Source: Candidatus Bathyarchaeota archaeon (GTDB taxonomy: Archaea > Thermoproteota > Bathyarchaeia > Bathyarchaeales > Bathycorpusculaceae). From it: a stretch of DNA of 64,000 nucleotides. The stretch is from NCBI GenBank assembly GCA_963707955.1, contig OY970176.1:704001-768000 (forward strand). The letters are read 5' to 3'. A program made the translations under genes and the position numbers. Below, in pieces: positions 48,748 to 58,462 of the stretch. The notes below the pieces were generated by a model that saw only the letters and a list, made by a program, of their open reading frames with translations, had not been told where the DNA came from and did no database searches. Each line of letters begins with the position of its first letter. The first letter of the stretch is position 1.

Positions 48748-50010
48748 ATGAAGTCTTTTGACGCAAGTTCAGCGTACCGCTTCATGGAAAGACTCGTCAA
48801 AGACATCGGAAACCGAGAATCGGGAACAGACTCAGAGCGCAGAGCAGCACAGCAAATAAAGACTTGGTTCGAAGAGCTCGGACTCGCCAGCGTCACAACG
48901 GAAGAGTTCGAAGTTCAAACAAGCCAGATCCTAAAAGAAGAGGCCTCGCTTCCCGACGGCACGAGAATCGAATGTACAGCTGTCGGAAACTCGCTGTCAA
49001 CCCCGCCTGAAGGCGTCGAAGCAGAAGTCGTTATGTTGGAGTCGACGTCACAGGAAGCGCTGAAAAAAATCGAGAACAAAATCGCCATTCTGAGCATTAT
49101 TCTCTACCAGAAAGACTTCGTCAAAGTCGTGAAAGCAAAACCCATGGCCTTGGTCTATCCTTCCCGCACTCCCTTGGCGCCCACTGTTTATCGTTCCATC
49201 CACGCTGAATTCGTCGAAAAGGAAAACGTCCCGGCCGTGTCAATGGCCCACGACGACGTACTCAACGTGCTAAAAGGCCCGAAAAAGCTGAGAATAGTCA
49301 CTGAAGTAAAGAAAGTGACAGCTAAGAGCCAAAACGTCCTCGGCAAAGTGCCAGGCGTTCTCGAAGACGAAGACATACTCATCGGCGCACACTATGACAC
49401 GGTAAGAAGCGTCATGGGCGCGCACGACAACGCCGCAGGAACCGGCCTAGTGCTCGAACTTGCAAGAATTTTCGCGGGTGAAAAACCGAATCGAACGCTC
49501 AGGGTCGCAGCGTTCGGCTCCGAAGAGCTTGGACTGCGCGGCAGCTTCCATCACGCCGAAAATCCCGAGAACACAAAGAACCTCAAGCTCTGCCTCGACT
49601 TCGACGTTCACGGAATACTGCTCGGAAGCTTAAGCGCCGTCGTTCTGGGACCAGAAGAATTGAAATCATACCTCTCTTTCACAGCCAAGGAGCTTGGAAT
49701 ACGCCTTCAAGCCACGAGTGAATTGGGAATGGGAGGTTCAGACCACATGCCCCTGGCCTTCTACGGTGTTCCTTCTATCATGCTGTCACGAGGTGGAGGA
49801 GCAGCCCAAATCATGCACACAAACCTTGAAGACCTGCGCTGGTGCGGTCCCGAAGCCTTCATCCCCGCAGGCAAGCTAAGCCAAACACTCTTGGAACGCT
49901 TACTGAGAGCCGAGGAGCTACCTTTTGAGAAGAAGATCCCGAACGAAGTCGCCAAGGCGCTTGAAAAGAGATTCGAAGACTCAGGTATCAAGAAAAAAGC
50001 GAAAGAATAA
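48748..50010 (+). CDS. M28 family aminopeptidase with PA domain
   Basis: GAHYDT, GAHDNAAG, SEELGLRGS, SDH, HT..D. Confidence 0.92.
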   Translation: MKSFDASSAYRFMERLVKDIGNRESGTDSERRAAQQIKTWFEELGLASVTTEEFEVQTSQILKEEASLPDGTRIECTAVGNSLSTPPEGVEAEVVMLESTSQEALKKIENKIAILSIILYQKDFVKVVKAKPMALVYPSRTPLAPTVYRSIHAEFVEKENVPAVSMAHDDVLNVLKGPKKLRIVTEVKKVTAKSQNVLGKVPGVLEDEDILIGAHYDTVRSVMGAHDNAAGTGLVLELARIFAGEKPNRTLRVAAFGSEELGLRGSFHHAENPENTKNLKLCLDFDVHGILLGSLSAVVLGPEELKSYLSFTAKELGIRLQATSELGMGGSDHMPLAFYGVPSIMLSRGGGAAQIMHTNLEDLRWCGPEAFIPAGKLSQTLLERLLRAEELPFEKKIPNEVAKALEKRFEDSGIKKKAKE

Positions 50011-50309
50011 GTATAATGACAAGAAGGCATGCGCGTCACGTATTCTAAGATAATTGGAAACGTCTTCCCGTTCATCGCGCAATCTCTTTTTTTGTGTTTG
50101 CTTGAGATGTCTTCATTTGCATATACAAAGCCGAATCCAAACATTAGTTCAGGCAGTTCACATGAATTTTCCTGAGTCTGTACTCTTTTTTTTGACGAAC
50201 AGCGTGGCACCGTTCTAATCACACATGGAGTTTTCTGGTTTCAAGGGCACGTTTGGTAAACGGGAACAGTTATAATGACTTTTATGGTATGCCACTATAG
50301 GTTAGGAAA

Positions 50310-51518
50310 ATGTTCAGCGTTCAAGTTCAATGCAGCAGATGTGGCAAAACCTTCCCTCCTGACATAGTACTAACTGTCTGCACAAAATGCGGCGGAGCAC
50401 TTCTGTTCCGCTACGATTTGCGCGGAGTTGCCGACGTCTTGTCAAAGGGGGCCCTGAAGAAGAGGAGCGACAGCTTCTGGAAGTTCATCGAACTTCTTCC
50501 CCTATCCTCGGCTGAAGGCGTCGTTTCGCTAGGCGAGCCATACACGCCCTTGCTTCGTCTTCCACAAGGCAGTGCGACAGCCCTCAAGAACGTGTACGTT
50601 AAGGATGACGGACGACTTCCAACAGGAACGTTCAAGGCAAGAGGAATGGCGGTTGCTGTCTCAAGACTCAAGGAGCTAGGCATAAAGCGAATCGCAGTTC
50701 CATCCGCTGGAAACGCAACCGCGGCCCTAGCCGCTTATGGGGCGCAGGCGGGACTTGAAGTCTTCGCGTTCATGCCCAAAGACGTGCCTGAAAGCATTCT
50801 CAAAGAGTGCATCTTTCTGGGAGCCAAGGTGTACCTCGTCAATGGACTGATCAACGACGCTGGCGAAATTGTGAAGAGACTCGAACCAAAATACGGTTGG
50901 TTCAACGTTTCCACCAACAAACAACCCTACAGGGTCGAAGGCTACAAGGCGATAGCATTTGAAGTAGCAGAACAGTTCAACTGGAACCCGCCGGACAGCA
51001 TAATCTTCCCAACAGGAGGAGGAGAAGGAGTGATTGGCCTCTGGAAAGGCTTCAAAGAACTAAAGGACTTAGGCTGGACAAAGAAGATCCCACGAATAAT
51101 AATCGTCCAATCCACGGGCTGCGCCCCACTCGTCAAAGCCTTCAACAGCAACCAGTCAGACGTCAAGGAACCATGGCAGAAAGCCCAAACAATCGCCACC
51201 GGCTTGAACGTGCCCTACCCTTACGCAAGCTACCTTATACTCCGGGCATTGAAGGAAACGAACGGCATGGCAACAGCAGTGGAAGACACAAAGATAATCT
51301 CCTCTATGAAAAGCCTGTTCAGAAAGGGCATATACGCGTGTCCAGAAGCAGCCGCCACTCTGGCAGCGCTGGAAAAGTTGAAAAATCAAAACGCCTTTGA
51401 CCCAGAGGAAACCATACTGCTCTACATCACTGGTAACGCAACGAAATATTTCGATGCACTAGAAATAAGAAGAGGGCAAATACCGGTCCTGGAGCGAAAC
51501 ACAAGCTCATTGGACTAA
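50310..51518 (+). CDS. thrC: Threonine synthase
   Basis: N-terminal Zn ribbon, SLGE..TPL, PTGTFKARG, SAGNA, PTGGG. Confidence 0.9.
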   Translation: MFSVQVQCSRCGKTFPPDIVLTVCTKCGGALLFRYDLRGVADVLSKGALKKRSDSFWKFIELLPLSSAEGVVSLGEPYTPLLRLPQGSATALKNVYVKDDGRLPTGTFKARGMAVAVSRLKELGIKRIAVPSAGNATAALAAYGAQAGLEVFAFMPKDVPESILKECIFLGAKVYLVNGLINDAGEIVKRLEPKYGWFNVSTNKQPYRVEGYKAIAFEVAEQFNWNPPDSIIFPTGGGEGVIGLWKGFKELKDLGWTKKIPRIIIVQSTGCAPLVKAFNSNQSDVKEPWQKAQTIATGLNVPYPYASYLILRALKETNGMATAVEDTKIISSMKSLFRKGIYACPEAAATLAALEKLKNQNAFDPEETILLYITGNATKYFDALEIRRGQIPVLERNTSSLD

Positions 51519-51577
51519 ACTTTCCGCAAGAAGAGTACTTATACGTTTCCGGATGTTTATGTCACCGAGGGAAACGT

Positions 51578-51973
51578 ATGATCAAGACTGTTTGGTCAAT
51601 CACCTTCCACGTGTCAGATTTGGAGAAAGCTGCAAGATTCTATGAGGAAACATTGGGCTTGGAGCGAAAGTACGAGTTTCCAAGTTACGTCGGATTCGAA
51701 TGTGGCGGCATAGAAATAGGCTTAATCCCAAAACCGAAAGGCGAAGCGCCGTGCAATGCGTCACCGACCGTGCAGTTGCTCGTGAATGACGTTGACCAGT
51801 TTTGCAGAGAACTAGAGACGAAGGGAATGAAGTTTACAAAAGAAGTGCACGACGAAACGTGGGGCGGGAGACAAGCAACGTTTAAGGACACAGACGGTAA
51901 TGTCCTTGAAGCCACACAGCTAGACTGGAAAAAATATTTTGAAGTATCAGCAAAGGGTGCCCAAAATAGGTAG
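51578..51973 (+). CDS. VOC/glyoxalase family protein
   Basis: VSDLEKAARFY..TLG, WGGR..F.D.DGN..E. Confidence 0.9.
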   Translation: MIKTVWSITFHVSDLEKAARFYEETLGLERKYEFPSYVGFECGGIEIGLIPKPKGEAPCNASPTVQLLVNDVDQFCRELETKGMKFTKEVHDETWGGRQATFKDTDGNVLEATQLDWKKYFEVSAKGAQNR

Positions 51974-52017
51974 CCAGCGCTTGAAGAAAAAAGGAAACGA
52001 TGCCAACAGATTGCACG

Positions 52018-52182
52018 CTATTGTTTTCGTCCGCATTCAGGGCAGAAACGCACCGAAACAGGTATTCTGCTTTTGCAGTTGGGGCAGATTTTCAACACAA
52101 GTTCAGGACGCAACAGGGCCCCGCAGAAATTGCAGTAGCTAGAAACTGAGGAGACTTCCCTCCCACATCTTGGGCAAATCAA
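52018..52182 (-). CDS. Double zinc-ribbon protein
   Basis: CPRCG..CNFCG..CPNC..CPECG; likely TTG start (ORF open to 52242). Confidence 0.8.
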   Translation of the reverse strand: MICPRCGREVSSVSSYCNFCGALLRPELVLKICPNCKSRIPVSVRFCPECGRKQ

Positions 52183-52379
52183 GCATCTTCCATACAAGGG
52201 AAGCGGAATAAGAACCCAAGCTCCAACGTTCAAATCATCCACTTCGTTCGAACAGGCTTTTTGATCTTCACCATCACAGTCTGCTATTTATACGGTGCCT
52301 CGTCGACGAAGGAGGCATTGCTTCTAACCTGCAAGTAAATGAATCATAGAAAAGAAAATGGGAAGGTGGAAGAAACGCT

Positions 52380-52796
52380 CTACTTCTCTTTTTCTATAGC
52401 ATAAGCGGCTTTAACGGCAATTATCACAGCGGCTGGGGCTGCGAACGCGGCGATGTACTTCAGAATCGCGTATGCCCAGTCATACAGCAGTTCATGAATA
52501 GTTCCTAGTGGTTGCCAGACACCCGACAGACCCGACAACCCCGCCACGACCAGAGCAATTGATGCTATGAGAAAAGGCGTTACATCCTTCGTGCCTACGC
52601 TTATGAGACCAATCACTATTCCAAGAATCACCAAGATCAACGTTACATACGCGTCGGCGTTTGAAACATTGGTGTCACTCCAGTGAAACGTTGCGGCGTA
52701 GGCCATGTAGCCAACAACTAGTCCCATCACGATTGCTATGACCACAAAGGCGATAAAAGCCCACTTTGCAATCTCTCTCATTTCCATTTCTACCAC
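52380..52796 (-). CDS. Small four-TM membrane protein
   Basis: LVILGIVIGL..FLIA.IAL..F.APAA..A.K pattern. Confidence 0.8.
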   Translation of the reverse strand: MVEMEMREIAKWAFIAFVVIAIVMGLVVGYMAYAATFHWSDTNVSNADAYVTLILVILGIVIGLISVGTKDVTPFLIASIALVVAGLSGLSGVWQPLGTIHELLYDWAYAILKYIAAFAAPAAVIIAVKAAYAIEKEK

Positions 52797-53031
52797 AGAA
52801 TTCCCTATATGTTGAAGAACGTGTTATAAGTTTTTTGCAAATCTTCAACCTTCTCTGCTCGGTGCAACTGGAAAGTGTTCTTCGTCCACAGAGAAAAGTG
52901 GACTTTATTGTCCGCTGGCCATGTTCAAGCTGAGGTTGAGGGGGTTAAGGAGAAAACGGAAGGTTATGGCTGAGTGATTTCAGCAAAGCTTTTCCTCTCG
53001 TAGTGCGCAGGGTTGTCTTCAGAGGGTTCAT

Positions 53032-54135
53032 ATGGGAATCCGACAGGTTGAGGTTTATCAGGTTACTTTGAAGTATAGGGAACCTTTCCGCATTGCTCCG
53101 GGGGTGAGCACCGAGGCTAACAACGTTGTTGTGAAGCTGGTCACAGATTATGGTGTAATCGGTTGGGGTGAGTCTTCTCCGTCGAAGAGGGTGACAGGTG
53201 AAACGGCGGAGACAGTGGCCAGAACCCTGGACAAGATTGGGCCAAAGCTCATTCGATTGTGCCCGTTAAGGATCGAGCAGGATGTTGAATTGATGGACAC
53301 TATTGTTGAGGGAAATCCTGCGGCGAAAGCAGCAGTGGACATGGCGCTGCATGATGTTTTGGGGAAAACGGTTGGGAAAGCATTGTTCATGCTTATTGGG
53401 GGTTATCGGACTGAAGTTGTGACGGACGTAACGTTGGGCATCAAATCCGCGAAGGACATGGCTGTCGATGCTGCCAAGGCTGTTAGGAAAGGTTTCAGGG
53501 CGCTGAAAGTGAAGTTGGGCACCGACCCTGCTGAGGATGTTGAACGTGTGAGGACAGTTCGTGAAGCAGCAGGTGACGATGTGCAGATTAGGGTTGACGC
53601 TAACCAAGGCTGGACAGTTAAACAGGCTGTTGACGTGCTCAACAAGATTGAAAAGTTCAAGATACAGTTTGCAGAGCAGCCGGTTTCTGCGGAGGACGTC
53701 AAGGGCTTGCGTGAAGTCAGGAGGAACTCGCCTGTGCCGATCATGGCTGATGAGAGTGTTCACACGCCCCGAGATGCTCTGCGGCTCATACGCGCGGAAG
53801 CGGTTGACCTGATAAATATCAAATTGATGAAGTGCGGCGGAATTCTCAACGGGAGGAAAATCGCTGAGGTCGCTGAGGCTGCCGGGGTTCCCTGCATGAT
53901 TGGATGCATGAGCGAGTCTGAAATCGGCATAGCCGCGGCTGCCCACTTGGCCGCAGGGGTTAAAAACATTCAGTACGCAGACTTGGATTCGGACCTTCTG
54001 CTTAAAGACAGACTGGTCAAGAAAGGCGGCCTAAGCGTCAAGGATTCTGCGAGAACATTCTCAAAGGGATGCGGCTTAGGCGTGGAAGAAATAGACGCTC
54101 AGCTTCTGGGAAAACCTTTGAAGATATACAAGTAG
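53032..54135 (+). CDS. L-Ala-D/L-Glu-type dipeptide epimerase (enolase superfamily)
   Basis: KVKLG, RVDANQGW, EQP, ADES, NIKLMKCGG, DLD. Confidence 0.92.
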   Translation: MGIRQVEVYQVTLKYREPFRIAPGVSTEANNVVVKLVTDYGVIGWGESSPSKRVTGETAETVARTLDKIGPKLIRLCPLRIEQDVELMDTIVEGNPAAKAAVDMALHDVLGKTVGKALFMLIGGYRTEVVTDVTLGIKSAKDMAVDAAKAVRKGFRALKVKLGTDPAEDVERVRTVREAAGDDVQIRVDANQGWTVKQAVDVLNKIEKFKIQFAEQPVSAEDVKGLREVRRNSPVPIMADESVHTPRDALRLIRAEAVDLINIKLMKCGGILNGRKIAEVAEAAGVPCMIGCMSESEIGIAAAAHLAAGVKNIQYADLDSDLLLKDRLVKKGGLSVKDSARTFSKGCGLGVEEIDAQLLGKPLKIYK

Positions 54136-54149
54136 TACCTGCTTTCGGT

Positions 54150-54231
54150 TCCGTGTCTTGCCCCTGTGCTGCGACTTAAACTTCGCAGTTTTCTCGTCCA
54201 TCGTCATCCCGCAAACAGGATCCGTAACCAT
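54150..54231 (-). pseudogene. Truncated YHS-domain protein
   Basis: MVTDPVCGMTMDEKTAKFKSQHRGKT, then the expected YYFCS..C motif is absent. Confidence 0.65.
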
Positions 54232-54527
54232 GCACCGCTTTTTGTGACCCGCGTCAGTTTTCAAAGTCCCCCCCGTTTTTTGGTAACGTGTGTGGTAATG
54301 TTGTGTGGTAACGATTCTTGAAGAAGCAGGCAGGTGTGTGGGTCGATGCGTAGGTCTGGGAAGCTTACCAGGATCTTTGCAGCCGTGAAAAGCTGCGGCC
54401 GTCTAAGCCGATAGAAGAGTATCTTAGGCTTACTCTGCGGAACGGATATGAGAAGCGTGGTCTGAACAATCGGTCGAATCATTTGAGAGAGCAAATCATT
54501 TTAGACTAAGGCTTCTTTGTTGATTGC

Positions 54528-55022
54528 ATGAATCCACGATTCGAGAAGCATGTTGTAGAGACGATGAGGAAAATGGAAGATCCTGGGTTGCTTTTGGTGA
54601 GTGCGAAGAAAGATGGGAAAAACAATGTGATGACGGTTGGTTGGGGGCTCGTGGGCGTTTTCTGGAGGGTGCCAGTTTTTATGGTGGCCGTGAGGCCTTC
54701 GCGGTTCAGTCACGAATTTGTCGAGGAGACCGGCGAGTTTACGGTGAATGTTCCCGGCGAAGGCATGGATAGTGTTGTTGAGTACTGTAGCAAAGTGTCC
54801 GGAAGGAAACACGACAAGTTTGCGGAGCGCAAACTGAGTTTGCTGAAAGGCAAGAAGGTGCGGGTGCCTGTGATCAAGGAGTGCAAGATACATTACGAGT
54901 GTCAAGTCATGCACAAGCTTGAGGTTGTTCCAAGTTTAGTTCCTGCAAACGTCAAGAAGACCCTCTATCCGCGTGGTGACCACCACACGATATACTTTGG
55001 AAAGATCGTTGCAGTCTACTGA
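54528..55022 (+). CDS. Flavin reductase / flavoredoxin family protein
   Basis: NVMTVGWG, VRPSRFS, EFTVNVP, SGRKHDKF, HTIYFGKI. Confidence 0.9.
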   Translation: MNPRFEKHVVETMRKMEDPGLLLVSAKKDGKNNVMTVGWGLVGVFWRVPVFMVAVRPSRFSHEFVEETGEFTVNVPGEGMDSVVEYCSKVSGRKHDKFAERKLSLLKGKKVRVPVIKECKIHYECQVMHKLEVVPSLVPANVKKTLYPRGDHHTIYFGKIVAVY

Positions 55023-55132
55023 GCACACGTGTTCAAGACGGATCTGGTTTCTAACCGGCGAAGGGTAGCGCTTACTATACAAGCGTCTGATCTTTGATCT
55101 AAAGGCCGAAGATTTATTACGTATGCTGCTTT

Positions 55133-55573
55133 ATGTGTGCAAAGGAACCATTTGGTTCAATACATGTGTGTGACGGTATGAAGGGCAAGACGATACGGCA
55201 GAAGGTGGTAATTCCTGCCACGCCAAACGAGGTTTATGAGGCCTTTGTTGACCCGAAGAAGCATTCTAAGTTCACCGGCAGCAGGGCAACCTTCGATCCC
55301 GAGGTCGGCGGAGAGTTTACAGCATGGGATGGCTACATATCGGGAAAGAACTTGGAGCTGAAGAAGGGAAAGAGGATAGTGCAGGAGTGGCTGACGACAG
55401 AATGGCCCAAAGGTTTTCCTTCTTCCAGACTGGAGTTAACTCTCAGGAAGACAGAAGAAGGCACTGAGATCTCGATGGTTCATTCTGGGGTTCCTGCTGA
55501 ACAGGTTGAAGACATTCTGCAAGGTTGGAATGAATTTTACTGGGAGCCCTTGAAGGAGTTTTTTAAAAAGTGA
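55133..55573 (+). CDS. SRPBCC/AHSA1 domain protein
   Basis: EVYEAF.D, GGEFTAWDGYISG, RIVQEW, GWNEFYW; real start may be MKGKT. Confidence 0.88.
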   Translation: MCAKEPFGSIHVCDGMKGKTIRQKVVIPATPNEVYEAFVDPKKHSKFTGSRATFDPEVGGEFTAWDGYISGKNLELKKGKRIVQEWLTTEWPKGFPSSRLELTLRKTEEGTEISMVHSGVPAEQVEDILQGWNEFYWEPLKEFFKK

Positions 55574-55692
55574 ATGGCGCATGGGTCTTGCAGTCTGACC
55601 GAAACCGACCTTTGCACAGAAAATTTAAACCGGCTAATTGACACGGCTAATTTGAGCTTGCGGCGTCTAACATCAAGGATAAGTGTTCTTGG

Positions 55693-56562
55693 ATGTCTTC
55701 AAGCTTGTCTCACGTTTGGAAGTCTGAACTCAACTTGCCCCAAGCAGGAATGCACACTTTTCCATTTTCAAGTTCCGCGTCTTTCCGGATCTATTCAAGC
55801 ACGGAGCCGCACAACTGGAAGATACGTGATTTGCAGAAAGGCTTGATCCTCGTCTACAACGGGACAGAGACGGTTGGAGAAGGAACAGGTTTCGGGGTTC
55901 CCGTTCTCGTCTATTCAGACGAAACGTATTTTTCAGGGTCTTCAAAAGTAGACGTTTCTCAGAGTGATGGATCTCGCACAGTTTGTAAAGAGTTTGTGAT
56001 GGACAGGGTTACCAGAAACAGGTTTAGAAATGTAACGCTGGAAAACAGGATAGCCCGCAGGTTTTTCACGCGGCTGGCGGACGTTTACCAAACGCATCCT
56101 AAACTTCGGTCTCTAACGTTGAAAGACCTGACTGGAAAGATGGATGTCGACACGACTTTTTTGAAGGCAATTTCAAGGGGTAAGGTCGTTGTCACTTATA
56201 CGATGGGTGGACCCCGTGTTGTGGTGAAGGCGGATTTCAGGGATTTAGAGAGGAGGGGACTTCAAAAGATTTTCATGCTGAACGAGCAGGGGTCGAAGTT
56301 TTTCAGGGAATACGAAGATTCTGAGGGCGCAGAATTGGTGGACACGCATATAGGTGCTTGGGACGGAATAAGCGCAAAATGGGGTTGTCTGAAAATTCTG
56401 AACGGTGAGTTTGGCTTTCGCCTGTGGAGGGTTGAAGACAGTTTGTTGCGCAGAGGTCGCGAGTTTCTGGAGGGTTCTCTGGATTGGGTTGGCTTGGACT
56501 ACGAGGTTAATCCCCGGATGGATGTTTTCGAGTATGTAATTGAGGTTCTGGACGTGCGATAA
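55693..56562 (+). CDS. Hypothetical protein coupled to a radical SAM gene
   Basis: 289-aa ORF ending 3 nt before the radical SAM start; GEGTGFGVP, MLNEQG and RGRE..LDW.G blocks. Confidence 0.75.
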   Translation: MSSSLSHVWKSELNLPQAGMHTFPFSSSASFRIYSSTEPHNWKIRDLQKGLILVYNGTETVGEGTGFGVPVLVYSDETYFSGSSKVDVSQSDGSRTVCKEFVMDRVTRNRFRNVTLENRIARRFFTRLADVYQTHPKLRSLTLKDLTGKMDVDTTFLKAISRGKVVVTYTMGGPRVVVKADFRDLERRGLQKIFMLNEQGSKFFREYEDSEGAELVDTHIGAWDGISAKWGCLKILNGEFGFRLWRVEDSLLRRGREFLEGSLDWVGLDYEVNPRMDVFEYVIEVLDVR

Positions 56563-56565
56563 ACG

Positions 56566-57924
56566 TTGACGATGGTGACGTTGGTCTATCCGTATTTTCA
56601 ACCTTCGGCGGATAATTCGATTTTCCGATTTCCGCCTTTGGGGTTAGGCTACATAGCTTCATATTTGAAGAGTCACGGCATTTCAGTTGACGTGGTCGAT
56701 TGCACCTTCATGAACCAAGAGGAGGCGTTGGAAAAGATCAGGAGTTCTAACCCGAAGATAATCGGGTTGCAAGCGATGTTTTCGATGAAGGAAAAAGCTC
56801 TTGAAATCGCTGAACTCGCTAAGAAAGACTCTGCACTTCTCGTTGCAGGCGGACCGCTTCCAACAGTTGAACCTGAAGAGTTCCTCTCGACTTTTGACGT
56901 TGTCGTCATTGGCGAAGGCGAACAGACCATGCTTGAACTGGTCCATGCAGTCCAAGGTGGCACTAGTCTGATGAACGTGAGGGGAATTGCGTTTAAGGAA
57001 AAAGGCGAGGTCAAGGTGACTTCACCTCGGAGTTTCATCGAGAACCTTGATGATATTCCGTTCCCGTCCAGAGAACTGTTCGACAACCAAGCCTACAAGA
57101 ATTACTACTCAAGGAACTTCGGTTACACAACAACGTCGATTTTAACCTCTCGAGGCTGCCCGTTCAAATGTGATTTCTGCAGCAGGCCGATATTTGGAAA
57201 CAGGTTCAGGTCAAGAACGCCCGCCAACGTCGCTCAGGAAGTTGAAACAGTCCATGAACTCGGCTACGAGAGAGTATGGTTCGCCGATGACTGCTTCACG
57301 TTAGACCGAAAGAGAATGCTCAACATCTGCGACGAGCTGGTTCGCAGACGCATCACCATCGGCTGGGAATGCCTGTCAAGAGTTGACACTGTAGACTTGG
57401 AAGTTGCTGAGAGGATGAAGCAAGCAGGATGTGTCCGCGTGTTTTTCGGAATAGAATCTGGCAATGAAAAAGTCCTCGAAATCATGAACAAACAAGCGAC
57501 CACAAAACAGGCTATTGACGCGGTATGCATTTTCAAGAAGGTTGGAGTCCAAGTCGGCGCGTTTTTCATAATAGGTTACCCTGGTGAAAACGATGAGACA
57601 GTTCTGGAAACCGTAAATTTTGCGTCCTCTCTTCCCCTAGATTACCTGTCCTTTACATTTCCCTATCCTATTCCAGGAACACCGCTCTTCGAAAGGGTAA
57701 GAGACAGGATGAATTCTGACGATTGGAAGGAGCCTGAAGGGTTTCATCTCATAAAGCACAAAATGCTTTTTCGATCTCCTTTTTCTGAGACCAAACTCAA
57801 GTTTGCAATCTTCAAAGGAATGTCACAGTATTATTTGAGGAAATATATGGGCAAAAGAGCCTACAGGTCAGTGGGCAGCCTTTATGAACGTCTCACGGAT
57901 GCTGTATACAGAATCTTGAATTGA
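56566..57924 (+). CDS. B12-binding radical SAM protein
   Basis: PPLGLGYIA, AGGP, GEGE, SRGCPFKCDFC, GIESG, FIIGYPGE. Confidence 0.93.
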   Translation: MTMVTLVYPYFQPSADNSIFRFPPLGLGYIASYLKSHGISVDVVDCTFMNQEEALEKIRSSNPKIIGLQAMFSMKEKALEIAELAKKDSALLVAGGPLPTVEPEEFLSTFDVVVIGEGEQTMLELVHAVQGGTSLMNVRGIAFKEKGEVKVTSPRSFIENLDDIPFPSRELFDNQAYKNYYSRNFGYTTTSILTSRGCPFKCDFCSRPIFGNRFRSRTPANVAQEVETVHELGYERVWFADDCFTLDRKRMLNICDELVRRRITIGWECLSRVDTVDLEVAERMKQAGCVRVFFGIESGNEKVLEIMNKQATTKQAIDAVCIFKKVGVQVGAFFIIGYPGENDETVLETVNFASSLPLDYLSFTFPYPIPGTPLFERVRDRMNSDDWKEPEGFHLIKHKMLFRSPFSETKLKFAIFKGMSQYYLRKYMGKRAYRSVGSLYERLTDAVYRILN

Positions 57925-58054
57925 GTTATCGCACTCGACCTTCCCAACAGGGTACATTAATAATTCGATTTCTGTTCAGGCGTCCCTTCAGATTCAAGCG
58001 TGCGTCAGTTTGTACGGTGAGAAAGCGATATTACTCGGGCCGCGCTTCCAGGTT

Positions 58055-58291
58055 TCATTCATCTAATTCCGTGTATATCCTGTCCAGCCTCAGGCTTGCT
58101 TTTTTTCCAGCGAGTCTAAGTAGAACGTAGTGCAGAGTCTCATGAACTATTATGTTCTCGATCTCGCCTTCGTACAGTCCACCAAAAATGTAGACGATTC
58201 CATAACCTGCGTCGAAAACCCCGTGAATTGGGGGAAACTGGAAGACAAATTTCAGTGACTTGGCCATTGCTAGTCCCTCGTCATGCGGCAT
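58055..58291 (-). CDS. Small HExxH hypothetical protein
   Basis: IVHETLHYVLLRL....SLRLD; paralog of 30556-30909. Confidence 0.65.
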   Translation of the reverse strand: MPHDEGLAMAKSLKFVFQFPPIHGVFDAGYGIVYIFGGLYEGEIENIIVHETLHYVLLRLAGKKASLRLDRIYTELDE

Positions 58292-58462
58292 TCTTGGTTT
58301 TTCTTCAAAACAACTAAGAGCAGGGTTCAGTATAAGTGGGATATTTCAGTCTGCAAAATATATCGGGTTCCTCAGGAACAATGGTTAAATAGAATGCCCT
58401 TATCATTTGCAGGATTGGTGCTTCGAAAATGGGGTATTTAGAAACACAACCGTAAACGCGTT

